64,000 nt of DNA from assembly GCA_963736335.1 (NCBI GenBank), contig CAVTOC010000005.1:506428-570427 (forward strand), read 5' to 3'. How positions within the stretch are numbered: position 1 is the stretch's first letter; each line of letters begins with the position of its first letter. The stretch is from an uncultured Actinomycetes bacterium (GTDB lineage: Bacteria; Actinomycetota; UBA4738; HRBIN12). The translations under genes were made by a program, and so were the position numbers. A model generated the notes under the pieces. It was not told the DNA's origin. It made no database searches and saw only the letters and a program-made list of their open reading frames with translations. Below, in pieces: positions 63,367 to 64,000 of this stretch.

Positions 63367-64000
63367 TCAGCGCACGGGCCGGATCCGGCCTAGCTCCCGG
63401 CGCCGTAGTCGAGGCTCCGCGGAGCTCTGCTGTTCCGGGGCGTCGTGAGGCCACGTGGAGGAGCGCCGTCCGAAGGCTGCGGCGAGCGGCCGGGCCGAGA
63501 CCCCGTGTAGCACGACGGACATCAGGATCGTCCATGTGGCGGCGTTCGCGATCGTGTCCGCGACGGTTGAGCCGTGGAGCGTCTCGATCGTGACGAGCGT
63601 GAACACGACCGATGCCAATCCCCGAGGTCCGAACCACCCGATGAACGCAATCGTCTCCCGTCGCAGGCCGGCTCCGGCGAGAGAGACGGCGACGGGAGCC
63701 ATCCTGATCAAGGTCAGGCTGAGGATCCCGTAGACGATCGCGGCGATCGAGATCGCGCTGGTGAACGTCGAGCCGACGAACAAAGCGCCGAAGACGAACC
63801 AGACCAAGAACGATGCGTACAGCGACAACGTCTCGGTGAACTCGGTCGCCCGGTGCAGCGCACGATCCGTGACGGCGCCGAACACGATCCCTCCGACGAA
63901 CGCGGCGACGAACCCGTTCCCTCCGATCGTGAGAGAACCGGCGTACGAGCACACCGCCAGCGCCAGCACCGCCAGCTCCTCTGAAAGGCTCGACGTCCAG
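63367..64000 (-). CDS. CPA1 family cation:proton antiporter, 5'-truncated by window edge
   Basis: GGNGFVAAFVGG, SLT.IRM.PV, FIGWFGPRGLASVVF, SVVLHG.SA. Confidence 0.88.
   Translation of the reverse strand, partial: WTSSLSEELAVLALAVCSYAGSLTIGGNGFVAAFVGGIVFGAVTDRALHRATEFTETLSLYASFLVWFVFGALFVGSTFTSAISIAAIVYGILSLTLIRMAPVAVSLAGAGLRRETIAFIGWFGPRGLASVVFTLVTIETLHGSTVADTIANAATWTILMSVVLHGVSARPLAAAFGRRSSTWPHDAPEQQSSAEPRLRRRELGRIRPVR

Overview
High-GC (roughly 70% by eye, not computed) chromosomal segment of an actinobacterium. The evidence is a WhiB, a SigH/SigR-RsrA pair, a mycothiol-dependent MDMPI enzyme and the zincin-PDZ/Lon-UPF0182-tRNA-Met neighbourhood. A type I-beta DAHP synthase suggests a deeper-branching lineage (inference). 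About 65 densely packed, mostly housekeeping/metabolic genes and one initiator tRNA-Met; no CRISPR array, integrase, transposase or rRNA seen. Roughly 25 genes are broken by single-base indels, most likely long-read assembly errors, so many coordinates join several ORF-track pieces. Most notable: (1) a 17-codon Phe/Tyr-rich leader peptide with terminator/antiterminator helices upstream of the DAHP synthase (ribosome-dependent attenuator); (2) a tandem Lrp/AsnC(RAM)-like protein without an HTH, overlapping the start of a class III cyclase-STAND ATPase-TPR gene whose base-specifying residue is non-canonical; (3) a GT2-like glycosyltransferase fused to a cysteinyl-tRNA synthetase C-terminal-like domain; (4) an initiator tRNA with U1.G72 and an apparently very short or absent leader; (5) widespread leaderless promoters. 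All family assignments come from motif recognition by eye; no database searches were run.
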